NCBI GenBank assembly: GCA_963764625.1
Contig: CAVXTH010000009.1
Span: 32,001-96,000 of the forward strand
Direction of reading: 5' to 3'
From: Candidatus Krumholzibacteriota bacterium
Lineage (GTDB): Bacteria > Krumholzibacteriota > Krumholzibacteriia > JAJRXK01
Length of the DNA stretch: 64,000 nucleotides
A program made the position numbers and the translations under genes. Of this stretch, positions 47,186 to 56,388 are shown piece by piece. Under the pieces are notes generated by a model. It did not search any database, had not been told where the DNA came from, and was given only the letters and a program-made list of their open reading frames with translations. Every line of letters begins with the position of its first letter. Position 1 is the stretch's first letter.

Positions 47186-48934
47186 ATGCCTTTTTCCGTC
47201 CGCGTCGCACGATTCCGCGCCCGACCTCCGTTGGCCCTCGGGTTGGTACTCGCCCTCATGCTGGTTCCTCGACCGAGCCGGGCTGCCCTCGACCTCCCCG
47301 AACTCCCCACTGCGGCGGCCGAGGCGCTGGCCTACCGCGATTCCCTGGACGTGGCCACCGCCCACCTGCGCGCGGGCGAATTCGCCGCGGCCGAACCCAT
47401 CTACCAAGAGCTCAGTCGCACCTTTCCCCAGGACGCCAGGGTGTGGAGTGGTCTCGGGTTGTGTCACTATCGCCTGAAGCGTTTCGACGAATCAGCGCGC
47501 GAGTACCTGCGCGCGGTACAGCTCGGGGTCCCCTTTCCCACCGTTTACATCTACGACGCGGCCTGCTCTGAGGCCCTCGCGGGTCAGCAGAAGGAGGCCA
47601 TGATCACCCTGAAGCGCGCCCTGGCCGAAGGTTTGGAGGATCGCTCGCTGGTTGGGCAAGATAGCGATCTCGACTCGCTGCACGATCTGCCCGACTGGCC
47701 CGAGGTGGCGGGGCTCTTACCCGCGGGCATCACCGATCGAGTGGCGGGGTGGCGCTACGATCTCGATTTCTGGTGGAAGGAAGTGCGCCGCCTGCACCCC
47801 GCGCCGTTCGCGAAGACTCCCGAGTCCGAGTTCTTGGCCAGGATCAAAAGTCTGCACGATCGCATTCCCAAGCTCAGCGACGAACAGATCATGATGGAGT
47901 TCGTGAAGCTGGCGGCCCTCTTGGGGGACGGCCACTCGGGCATCCGTCCCATGCCGCGCTCTCGAATCCAGCTCCGCTCCTTACCCCTTCAGCTCTATGT
48001 CTTCACGGATGGTGTGTTCGTCATCGACGCCAACGAGGACTACACCGATCTCATTGGCGCGAGAGTCTTGTCCCTGGGAACTCGCGAAGTCGACGGGGTG
48101 TGGCCCGATCTGGCTGAGCTCGTTCCCAGGGACAACCCCATGCGGATTCTGCAGCAGGGTCCCTTTCTGCTCACGATTCCCGCGGTCCTCCGGGAATTGG
48201 GAGCCATCGGCGACACCGAGACGGTCCCTGTGAAAGTTCGTGACGCCACCGGCAAGGAACGCACGGTCGAGGTCGAGTCCATGCCGATGGGGAGAGTCAA
48301 CTTCGAGCTGATTCCCTCCAAGCTGCCCGGCGCGGGCAAAGCTCCGCTCTATCTGTCGCACGCCGACGATGTGCTGTGGATGGGGGCTCTCGATGGCGGC
48401 CACGTCTTGTACGTCGAGTTCAACGTGGTTCGCGATGGACCCAACGAATCGATCGCAGAGTTCGCCGGCCGCATGAAAACGCGGCTCACGGAAAATCCCG
48501 AAATCGACACCGTCATCGTGGACGTGCGGAACAACGGGGGCGGGAACAGCTTCCTGTATCCTCCCCTGGTGAAGACGCTGGTGTACTACGAGGGATTGCG
48601 CGACGACACTGAACTGTACGTGCTCCTGGGTCGACAGACCTTCAGCGCGTGCGAGAACTTCGTGACCGACTTGGACACCTGGACCGGCGCCGTGTTCGTG
48701 GGCGAACCCAGCGGATCACGGCCGAACATGATCGGGGAGAGCACCTTCAGTCTGCTGCCCTACAGCGGTCTGCGGGCGGGCATTTCCTCCCGTTACCACC
48801 AGGAATCGTATCCGGGCGACGCGCGCCTTTGGATCGCCCCCAGCATTCCCATCGGACTGGGTTCAGAGGATTATTTCGCCAACCGGGATCCGATTCTGGA
48901 CACGGTTCTGAGTGGGGTGGCCAAGGGCCAGTAG
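47186..48934 (+). CDS. Secreted TPR protein with S41-like peptidase domain
   Basis: Signal peptide, TPR helices, GDGHS, IVDVRNNGGGN, TFSACE (putative catalytic Ser), VGEPSG. Confidence 0.8.
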   Translation: MPFSVRVARFRARPPLALGLVLALMLVPRPSRAALDLPELPTAAAEALAYRDSLDVATAHLRAGEFAAAEPIYQELSRTFPQDARVWSGLGLCHYRLKRFDESAREYLRAVQLGVPFPTVYIYDAACSEALAGQQKEAMITLKRALAEGLEDRSLVGQDSDLDSLHDLPDWPEVAGLLPAGITDRVAGWRYDLDFWWKEVRRLHPAPFAKTPESEFLARIKSLHDRIPKLSDEQIMMEFVKLAALLGDGHSGIRPMPRSRIQLRSLPLQLYVFTDGVFVIDANEDYTDLIGARVLSLGTREVDGVWPDLAELVPRDNPMRILQQGPFLLTIPAVLRELGAIGDTETVPVKVRDATGKERTVEVESMPMGRVNFELIPSKLPGAGKAPLYLSHADDVLWMGALDGGHVLYVEFNVVRDGPNESIAEFAGRMKTRLTENPEIDTVIVDVRNNGGGNSFLYPPLVKTLVYYEGLRDDTELYVLLGRQTFSACENFVTDLDTWTGAVFVGEPSGSRPNMIGESTFSLLPYSGLRAGISSRYHQESYPGDARLWIAPSIPIGLGSEDYFANRDPILDTVLSGVAKGQ

Positions 48935-48967
48935 ACTCGTTCGCCTCAGGCGAGGTAGGTTTCCGGC

Positions 48968-49675
48968 ATGGACGAATCACCCCCCAAGAGTCACGCCCGC
49001 GCCGTCGCATCCGTGCGCCACACCTGTATCGTGATCGGGTTCTACTGCGCACTGGGCCTCTACGGACTTTTTACCCAACACGCCAAGGGCTCCAGCCACC
49101 CGCTCGTCGAGCATCGAGGCTCCGCCTTACCTTTATACCTGGGTCTCATGGTCGCGGAGTGGGGACTTCTGCGCTATGTGATGGTGGGTACGAGAAAGTA
49201 CGGGACGAAATTTCGCGACCTCATCGGCGCTCCCTGGGCGAGGGGAAGAGACGCGGCTCGTGATCTCACTCTTGCGATCGGCTTCTGGGCACTCTGGGCC
49301 GGCGCCGAATTAGCCGTGGCTCGGCTCTTGGGAAAGGGCGGCACCGAGAGCTATGACTCTCTTCTGCCCCACGGGCCTCTCGAGGTGGCAGCCTGGATCG
49401 CTCTCGCAGTGAGCGCGGGAATCTGCGAGGAGGCGATCTTTCGGGGCTACCTCCTGCGGCAATTCAGAGCCTTCACCCAAAGCGCGACTCTTGCCGTGAT
49501 CGCGCAGGCATTGGTCTTCGGAATGGCCCACGGCTACCAGGGCCTACGGAATGTGGTGACGATCGCGGTCCTCGGCGCGGCCTTCGGTGCGCTCGCACTA
49601 TGGCGCAAGAGCCTTCGTCCCGGAATGCTCGCTCACGCCTGGATGGACATCATCGGCGGGCTCTTTGCCCGCTGA
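48968..49675 (+). CDS. CPBP (CAAX/Abi) family intramembrane glutamic endopeptidase
   Basis: AGICEEAIFRGYL, FGMAHGYQG, AHAWMD. Confidence 0.92.
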   Translation: MDESPPKSHARAVASVRHTCIVIGFYCALGLYGLFTQHAKGSSHPLVEHRGSALPLYLGLMVAEWGLLRYVMVGTRKYGTKFRDLIGAPWARGRDAARDLTLAIGFWALWAGAELAVARLLGKGGTESYDSLLPHGPLEVAAWIALAVSAGICEEAIFRGYLLRQFRAFTQSATLAVIAQALVFGMAHGYQGLRNVVTIAVLGAAFGALALWRKSLRPGMLAHAWMDIIGGLFAR

Positions 49676-49770
49676 TCGACTGCGCTCTAAGAATTCAAGC
49701 TGAGCGGGAATAGAAAGCCGAGGCCTCCGGTAGAGGGAGTAGATAGCAACCGCACCCCTCTGCTGGAGGC

Positions 49771-52131
49771 ATGACGATGGACTCTATTCACCTTCCCCCC
49801 GATCCTCTTACCCCCTCCGTGGTCGCGCTCCGTGTTTGTCCACGGTACAGGCCGCGCTTTCCGCATCGCCTGTTCACGACGGCTCTTACGACAGGCCTGC
49901 TGATCCTCTCGCTGGCCGGCACCGGCCGGGCCCAGCGCTCACGCCCTGTGTTGGACGATCCCATCGACCCCCGGATCGCTTCACGCACCGTGCGACTCCA
50001 ATCCCTGACCGTCTCGGTGGACGTCGACGAGGGCATGGCGGTCACCCAGCTGCGGGAGATCCTGCGCAACGACGGGGGCCGCGTGGCCGAGGCACGCTTC
50101 GTGTTACCCCTGCCCCCGGGCGCGGTCGTCCATGACGCGAGTCTGCGGATCGACGGCAAACTGGTCGAAGCTGAGATTCTTCCCGCCGGACAGGCGCGCG
50201 CGGCCTACCAGGACATCGTCCGGCGCATGATCGATCCCGCACTCATCGAATACCTCGATGAAGGATTGCTCAGCACGCGCGTCTTTCCCATTCCACCGGG
50301 CGGAACTCGTGAGCTCACGCTAAGCCTCACCGTGGCGCTGCCCGAGGACTTTGGAACGTGGAGCTACCGGCTTCCCCTGAAAGCCCTGTGTGGCGGACAC
50401 CTGGCGCCCGAACAACTCGCGGTCGAAGGGATCGTCCGCAGTCACCTCTCCCTTCAAGCGCCCTACAGTCCCACACATGCACTCGAGGTGAACCTCGACG
50501 CCGACGGGCATCGCGCGAGCTTCAGTCTGGAAAACAAGGGCGAGCTGGCGGCACGTGATGTCCTGATTCAGATCCCGTCGACGCGAGAGCGAATGGGGGT
50601 GTGGTTCGCGAGTTCCCGGCCGGCCGGCGAGGACGGATTCTTCCTGGCTCGGATTCAGCCCGGAGAGGAACAGCTCGCGGCCGCGAAGGACGCGCGGAAA
50701 CGGATTGTCTTCGTGCTCGATACCAGTGGAAGCATGGAGGGCGAAAAGTTTCAGCAGGCCAAGGCGGCTGTTCGTTACTGTCTGACTCACCTCGGGCGTG
50801 AAGACAGCTTCGGAATTCTCACTTATGCGTCGACCGTACGTTGGATGAGCAATGGGGTGGAAGCGGCGAGTCCGAAGGCACTGTCCACTGCGCTCGCCGA
50901 ACTCGATCGACTCTCCGCCCGCGGCGGCACCAACATCGAAGCTGCCTTGAACTCGGCGCTCGACGAGCTGAAGCGCGCGAACCACGAGCCAACTTACGTG
51001 CTCTTTCTCAGCGATGGTTTACCTACGGTGGGTGAGCAGAGCATCGATACGCTGCTTGCGCTGGCCAAGACGCAAAACCAAGCCGATGCCCGTCTGTTCA
51101 CCTTTGGCGTTGGCTATGATGTCAACACGCGGCTCCTCGATGGCCTGGCGAGTGGCAGCCGCGCCCTCGTTCGCTACGTGCTTCCCGGCGAAGATCTGGA
51201 AGAGAGCGTGAGCAATCTCTACAGCCAAATCGCACAGCCCTTGTGGACCGATCTCGCCCTGAAACTGAATGGGGCAGGACTCTACGACATGAGCCCCACC
51301 GAACTCGGCGATCTCCACCGCGGCGCGACCATCACCGTCCTGGGGCGCTACCGCAACCCAGGACACTTCCGGCTGGTGCTCAGTGGACGGCAGGACAGCG
51401 CGAGGCGTAGCTTCAGTCAGACGGTCGAACTCGCCAATCGCGCTACCATGCACGACTACATCGCCAGGCTTTGGGCCTCGCGGCGCATCGCCTTTCTTCA
51501 GAGCATGCTCCGAGCCGAGGGCCGTTCCCAGGAGCTCATCGACGAGATCGTCGATCTCGGATTGCGCTATGGCATCGTGACCGAGTACACCAGCTTCCTC
51601 ATCAAAGAACCCAATGCGCAGGTGGCGCGGGCGCAGCGCGAGGGGCGGGGAATCGCCAGCATGCCGATGGCGGCCCGCGAGGAGATGGACGCACTGGTCC
51701 AGGAATCGAGTCAGGCGACGGGGAAGGTCGCGGTGAACCGCGCGAAGAAGGAGTCGAAAGATTACGCCGCCGATGCAGCACTTGTGCCCGACGCACCGGC
51801 CAAGTTGCAGTCGAACGAGCGCTGGTCGAATCCCGGCGAGCGGGCCAACGCGGGTGCGCGCATGCAGCTCGGTCGTTGGATCTTCCGTGCCGATGCAGAG
51901 GGTCGCTGGGTCGACCACCGCGCGGAGGGTGCGGATCCGAGGCTCGAGATCAAAGCCTACAGCCAGGCGTGGTTCGAGCTGGCCGAGATGCGGCCCGAGC
52001 TTCGCTCGGTGATGGGCCTTGGCTCCACCATTCGGATCGTGGTGGGCCGAGAGGTTCTGGAAATCGGGGATGAAGGCGTCGAGACGCTTTCGGCGAAGGA
52101 TCGCCACTGGTTGGCCTCCTCGCCGATTTGA
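49771..52131 (+). CDS. VIT and vWA domain-containing secreted protein
   Basis: VIT domain (F.LPLP.GA.V, YQDIVRRMIDPALIE, RVFPIPPG); MIDAS LDTSGSM, GGTNI, LSDG.PT; RLWA.RRI, IVTEYTSFL; exact start uncertain. Confidence 0.9.
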   Translation: MTMDSIHLPPDPLTPSVVALRVCPRYRPRFPHRLFTTALTTGLLILSLAGTGRAQRSRPVLDDPIDPRIASRTVRLQSLTVSVDVDEGMAVTQLREILRNDGGRVAEARFVLPLPPGAVVHDASLRIDGKLVEAEILPAGQARAAYQDIVRRMIDPALIEYLDEGLLSTRVFPIPPGGTRELTLSLTVALPEDFGTWSYRLPLKALCGGHLAPEQLAVEGIVRSHLSLQAPYSPTHALEVNLDADGHRASFSLENKGELAARDVLIQIPSTRERMGVWFASSRPAGEDGFFLARIQPGEEQLAAAKDARKRIVFVLDTSGSMEGEKFQQAKAAVRYCLTHLGREDSFGILTYASTVRWMSNGVEAASPKALSTALAELDRLSARGGTNIEAALNSALDELKRANHEPTYVLFLSDGLPTVGEQSIDTLLALAKTQNQADARLFTFGVGYDVNTRLLDGLASGSRALVRYVLPGEDLEESVSNLYSQIAQPLWTDLALKLNGAGLYDMSPTELGDLHRGATITVLGRYRNPGHFRLVLSGRQDSARRSFSQTVELANRATMHDYIARLWASRRIAFLQSMLRAEGRSQELIDEIVDLGLRYGIVTEYTSFLIKEPNAQVARAQREGRGIASMPMAAREEMDALVQESSQATGKVAVNRAKKESKDYAADAALVPDAPAKLQSNERWSNPGERANAGARMQLGRWIFRADAEGRWVDHRAEGADPRLEIKAYSQAWFELAEMRPELRSVMGLGSTIRIVVGREVLEIGDEGVETLSAKDRHWLASSPI

Positions 52132-52159
52132 GGCCGAAGCCCGGTTCACCGTGGCCATG

Positions 52160-52189
52160 GGCGCAAGCACTCCGAGCAGTGCTTGCGCC
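52160..52189 (+). terminator. Hairpin downstream of the VIT-vWA gene
   Basis: GGCGCAAGCACT-ccgagc-AGTGCTTGCGCC perfect 12-bp stem followed by TTCGT (weak U-tract). Confidence 0.55.
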
Positions 52190-52375
52190 TTCGTCCGTCC
52201 CCGGTCTCTTGGGGATGGTGCTGGTGCGCCTCAGGACTGGCTGAAGGTCGAAGGGCCCATTAGATTGACACGGCGTTGGACCCGACGGACGTCGATTCGG
52301 GCCGGGTCAGCTCAAGATTTTCCGTCTCGAGTGCGAGCACGGGCAAGACTTCGAAACCTGAAGAGGGGAGAGATC

Positions 52376-52570
52376 ATGGCGATCTACGAATGCGAAAAGT
52401 GTGGAATGAGCATCGGCACGATGACCTGCGGCAAGTGCGGAAAAGAACTGGTTCACGACACCCTCGCTCTGGATTCGGGCAAAAAGGTCCACATCGCGAA
52501 ATGCCCGGATGGGCACGGGAAGGTCAAATCGCCCCAGTGCTGCGGCGAGGACATGAGCTGCTCGCTCTGA
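52376..52570 (+). CDS. Small Cys-rich metal-binding protein (64 aa)
   Basis: GAGGGGAG RBS; CEKC, CGKC, CPDGH, CCG..M.C motifs. Confidence 0.8.
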   Translation: MAIYECEKCGMSIGTMTCGKCGKELVHDTLALDSGKKVHIAKCPDGHGKVKSPQCCGEDMSCSL

Positions 52571-52667
52571 TTCGCACCAGACGCTGCCTATCCTTATTTA
52601 CAACGAGCCGTCACATCCGCTTTGCCGGATCGTAAGGGCTTCAGACACCGAACGACGAGGAGGTCCC

Positions 52668-53645
52668 ATGTCTGGTTCACTTCGTTCAGCGCTCTGTGCC
52701 CTGTCGACGCTCACGCTCGTTTCCTCGGCCTCGGCCGCCGATCCCACCCAGACGGCGGAGTACACCGTCACCTTCGAGTCGACCTGGAGCGCCCAGACGC
52801 ACCCGGTCGACTATCCCTCCAACTCACACTTTTCCGGGCTCATCGGAACTACCCATGACGCCTCGGTGTCGTTTTGGCAGGGGGGGCAACCGGCGAGCCC
52901 CGGGATCGAGAGCATGGCCGAGACGGGTTCCAAGTCACCGCTGCTCAGCGAGATCGCCACTGCGGTAACCGCTGGCAGCGCGGATGCTCTGATCTCCGGG
53001 GGTGGGATCAACCCCAGTCCGGGTAGCGTCTCGGTCTCGTTTACGGCCGATCTGAACTACCCGCTGGTCTCCCTGGTTTCCATGATCGCTCCCAGCCCCG
53101 ACTGGTTCGTGGGCGTCTCCGGGATGAGCCTCTTGGACAATGGCGACTGGGTAGCAGAGAAAGTCGTCACCCTCTGGCCCTTCGACAGTGGAACGGACAA
53201 CGGCACCACCTATGCGTCCTTCGATTCGGACACCAATCCCCCCGAGCCGATCTACCAGATCATGACCCTGCCGGTGGGAAATGGAGCCCCTCTGGGCACC
53301 TTCACCTTCACCCGAACCGACATTCCGACTGCGGTCGATCCGGATGAGGGCACGACGGGCTCTCGGACCCGGGCCGTTCTCTACCAGAACTCACCGAATC
53401 CCTTCAATCCCTCCACCACGATTCGCTACCACCTGCCCTCGGCCCAAAACGTCCGTGTGGCCGTGTATGACGCGGTCGGACGCGAACTCTTCACCCTTGT
53501 CGACAGGGTCCAGGACGCGGGCACCCACGACGTGCGCTGGAATGGGAGGGATCGCGCCGGAAGGCAGGTGGTCTCGGGCGTCTATTTCTATCAGCTCCGA
53601 GCGGGTTCCCTCGTCGAGCGAAAGCGGATGGTACTCTTGAAGTAA
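52668..53645 (+). CDS. Spondin_N domain protein with FlgD-Ig/T9SS-like CTD
   Basis: Y.VTF...WS..THP, HFSGLIG..H, ASPG...MAETG, SMIAPSPDWFVG, DSGTD; QNSPNPFNP...SGVYFYQL...RMVLLK. Confidence 0.92.
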   Translation: MSGSLRSALCALSTLTLVSSASAADPTQTAEYTVTFESTWSAQTHPVDYPSNSHFSGLIGTTHDASVSFWQGGQPASPGIESMAETGSKSPLLSEIATAVTAGSADALISGGGINPSPGSVSVSFTADLNYPLVSLVSMIAPSPDWFVGVSGMSLLDNGDWVAEKVVTLWPFDSGTDNGTTYASFDSDTNPPEPIYQIMTLPVGNGAPLGTFTFTRTDIPTAVDPDEGTTGSRTRAVLYQNSPNPFNPSTTIRYHLPSAQNVRVAVYDAVGRELFTLVDRVQDAGTHDVRWNGRDRAGRQVVSGVYFYQLRAGSLVERKRMVLLK

Positions 53646-53730
53646 CTGGGGCAGGACCGTCTTTGGAGCTATGGAGATCACCACGCCCCAAGTTCGAGTA
53701 CATCTCAGGCAGCTCAGCTGTCAGGTCTAG

Positions 53731-53763
53731 AGAAAGAGCCCCGGGGAATCCCCCCGGGGCTCT
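53731..53763 (-). terminator. Rho-independent terminator closing the minus-strand glycan locus
   Basis: AGAGCCCCGGGG-aatcc-CCCCGGGGCTCT (53735-53763) 12-bp stem; minus-strand tail TTTCT; lies between convergent genes. Confidence 0.75.
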
Positions 53764-53812
53764 ATGTCATCCAACTCATTCCTGAATGAGGCGGAGAGTT
53801 GTTTCGATGCGA

Positions 53813-54631
53813 CTACTGTCCCTTGTAAAGCGACTTGACCTTGCCCCAAGAGGACTCGACCGCGCCGACAATCGCGATGGGCTGGTAAGTAATGTTGGTC
53901 CACTCCACGTGGACACCTGCGTTGGCATTCCCGCCCTGCAGAAACATCTGGCAGTAACCGCCGACCTGAGCATCATTGAGCATGCCCCAGAGGCCGTACG
54001 GGGGATCCTCGGCAGTATTGCCCTCGTCGAAGGCGAGGGGTCCGCTGCTGTACATCGTCCCATTGTAGTCGACGGTATAGGTGATATCTGCAGGGTCAGT
54101 CATGGAGTTAGCGTGAGGTTGGTAGATGACCCCAATGTGAATCACGTCGCCCGCGGTATAGACCACACCTTGGCTCGCGGTGAACGAATAGAAAGGAAGT
54201 CGTCCACCAAAGCAGGCGATTTCCCCATCCGTAGACCGGACATTGAAGCGGCCATCAATATCTTGAGACCACCAGGGCGCTACCGAAAGACCAGCCTCAC
54301 CACCAGTTCCCGAGATCATCAGGTCCGCACCGAAGCTGAACGCAGCATCGTTGTCGAAGTTGACCGCGGTGCTACCGTCCTCCGAGAACCTCCAGTTGTG
54401 CAGGTTAGCGAAACCGCCACATTCGAGATCCTGGTCATCGATCACGATCGACGCAGGATAGGTGTTGCTAGTGGTTAGGATTGAGGTGGGGCAATCATTG
54501 AAGATGCGTGTCTTCAAGACTGCGCTCGTGGGGTTGGGGGTCGCGGCTGAGGCCACCGTTACGAAAACGGTGAGCGACAATGCCACGATCATGAAGCACT
54601 GCGTCCACTTCCCATATCCGTTAAGTCTCAT
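53813..54631 (-). CDS. Secreted hypothetical beta-rich protein with C-terminal 'ESSWGKVKSLY' motif
   Basis: AGGAGG RBS, signal peptide ending ASA-A, domain RIFNDC...GFANLH...GEIACFGGRLPFYSF, C-terminus AVESSWGKVKSLYKGQ. Confidence 0.8.
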   Translation of the reverse strand: MRLNGYGKWTQCFMIVALSLTVFVTVASAATPNPTSAVLKTRIFNDCPTSILTTSNTYPASIVIDDQDLECGGFANLHNWRFSEDGSTAVNFDNDAAFSFGADLMISGTGGEAGLSVAPWWSQDIDGRFNVRSTDGEIACFGGRLPFYSFTASQGVVYTAGDVIHIGVIYQPHANSMTDPADITYTVDYNGTMYSSGPLAFDEGNTAEDPPYGLWGMLNDAQVGGYCQMFLQGGNANAGVHVEWTNITYQPIAIVGAVESSWGKVKSLYKGQ

Positions 54632-54742
54632 TCTAGCTGTCCTCCTAAAGAGTTGCGATTCAGATCGACTATGCGGCTTAGGACCCGGCGGCGTGTGAGC
54701 CCGCATACACATAGTCGAAGTATACCACATTTGGGTCCTGCT

Positions 54743-56368
54743 CTACCTCATCAAGACACACCGCCTTCCTACACGCTCGTCATTGGATTCCAACGTGTAG
54801 AAATACACACCACCTGGAAGATCGTGCAGATCCATGAGGATCTGGTGATTCCCGGCGGATTGAACTCGATTTACCATGCTCCGCACTCGACGTCCTCTCA
54901 CATCATAGACCGAAAGGGCCACCCGCCCGGCCTGGGGCAGGCTGTACGAGATCATGGAGGGCCCCGCAAAGGGGTTTGGAATATTCTGATTCAAGACGAT
55001 GGCGCTCACTCCCAGCCTGGTTGCTTCGGGAGCCGCAGTGGCTGGAGTGAATGTTGCGACTTCGAGGCCACGTTGCACGTCAGCGTTCTGCATGAATCGG
55101 GACCACACCGAACCGTTTAGGTAGTTCTCGATCATGATCACGATCGGACCTTCGTCGATTCCCAGATAGTCGGTGGCCCACCATCCTTGGGTGAGATTGA
55201 AGGCATCCTTGAAGCCATACACCGACCAAAGGTCGGCATACAAGTTGTCGTACATGTAGTGGAGCGTGGGAATCACGATCTCCGGTGCGAACGCGATGGA
55301 GGAAGCTGCGGCGGTCGGAGAGATCGTGCCGTTGTCGCTCTGAGCGGGAGGGGCACCGTGGGCCAGATATCCGCCAGGGTCGTCCGATGCAGTCAAGCCC
55401 CACAGGAGATCCCCGTATCCAAGCCAGCCTAAGGGGTTGTCGACGCAGTACGCGTGGGCTGCAAGGGTGGCTTTGCGAGAGTTTTCGAAATAGGTGCTCG
55501 CCTTGCTCCGCATGTATACGTCTTGGATCCCTCGATAATCGATCCAGCAGTGCGAGTACTGGTGCCCGAAGAGGGGCGGAAAGACAAGGTATTGGTACCC
55601 GTATTGGGTTGACCAATTGTAACCGCTAGTCCAAGTGAACCAGGTGCTGGAATTAACGGGATGGGTGGGGGAGCCCAGGGCGAGGATGTAGAGGATCATC
55701 GCCTCGTTATAACCTACCCAGGTGCCGAAGGACGTGAACCCCCCCTCGGGATTCCAGCCCATGCGGATTCCCACACCGTTGGCCCGCATGAATTCCCAAT
55801 CGACTCTCTGGTAGAGCGAGTCCGCAAGATCCCGAACCTGTATGTCGAGTGTTTCGGTCGTATCGAAATACTGTTTGGCGTCCAGCACACCCGCCATCAA
55901 GAGAGCGGTGTCGATGGTCGAAAGTTCACTGCTCCAAACACGCGCCCCGGTATTCATGTCCAGGAAGTGATAGAAGAGGCCCTTGTATCCCATCATTCCC
56001 GAACTCGCCGTGCCCTGCGGACCATTCCAGAAGGTCTGAAGCGTGGTCAACACCCGATCACGGCCGTCCGCGCGGCTTACCCATCCATGGTCGATGCCAA
56101 TTGTAATCGCAGTGAGGCCAAAACCTACGGAAGCGATGCTGGCCGGCGACCCACTGGTAGAGCGATCCTTCACCAGACCGTTGCTGGGATTGGCTTCGTT
56201 CCAAAAATAGTCGAAGGCCCCGTGCTGCACTTCATCCAGAAGCTGTTCGGTGGTCAGTGCCAAGGCTGAAGAGCAGCTCGCGAGTACCACTAGGACCACG
56301 AGAGAGAGCAGGGCTCCAAATCGTAGCGATGCGAGGGCGAACTGCGAGGTCTTGGATGTTCTGTTCAT
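54743..56368 (-). CDS. GH144-type endo-beta-1,2-glucanase (glucoamylase-like/DUF3131) with T9SS-like CTD
   Basis: GLVKDR, SIASVGFGL, GLFYHFLD, ELSTIDTALLMAG, GYNEAMILYILALGSPTHP, PLFGHQYSH, WGLTASD, YGFKDAFN, YLGIDEGP; QNIPNPF...GGVYFY CTD. Confidence 0.85.
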   Translation of the reverse strand: MNRTSKTSQFALASLRFGALLSLVVLVVLASCSSALALTTEQLLDEVQHGAFDYFWNEANPSNGLVKDRSTSGSPASIASVGFGLTAITIGIDHGWVSRADGRDRVLTTLQTFWNGPQGTASSGMMGYKGLFYHFLDMNTGARVWSSELSTIDTALLMAGVLDAKQYFDTTETLDIQVRDLADSLYQRVDWEFMRANGVGIRMGWNPEGGFTSFGTWVGYNEAMILYILALGSPTHPVNSSTWFTWTSGYNWSTQYGYQYLVFPPLFGHQYSHCWIDYRGIQDVYMRSKASTYFENSRKATLAAHAYCVDNPLGWLGYGDLLWGLTASDDPGGYLAHGAPPAQSDNGTISPTAAASSIAFAPEIVIPTLHYMYDNLYADLWSVYGFKDAFNLTQGWWATDYLGIDEGPIVIMIENYLNGSVWSRFMQNADVQRGLEVATFTPATAAPEATRLGVSAIVLNQNIPNPFAGPSMISYSLPQAGRVALSVYDVRGRRVRSMVNRVQSAGNHQILMDLHDLPGGVYFYTLESNDERVGRRCVLMR

Positions 56369-56388
56369 GATGATCCTCTCGATGCCCA

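Noticed and set aside
46302-47477. 391-aa plus-strand ORF spanning tetR and its operator
   Set aside because: Low-complexity Arg/Pro translation overlapping two supported genes and a regulatory site
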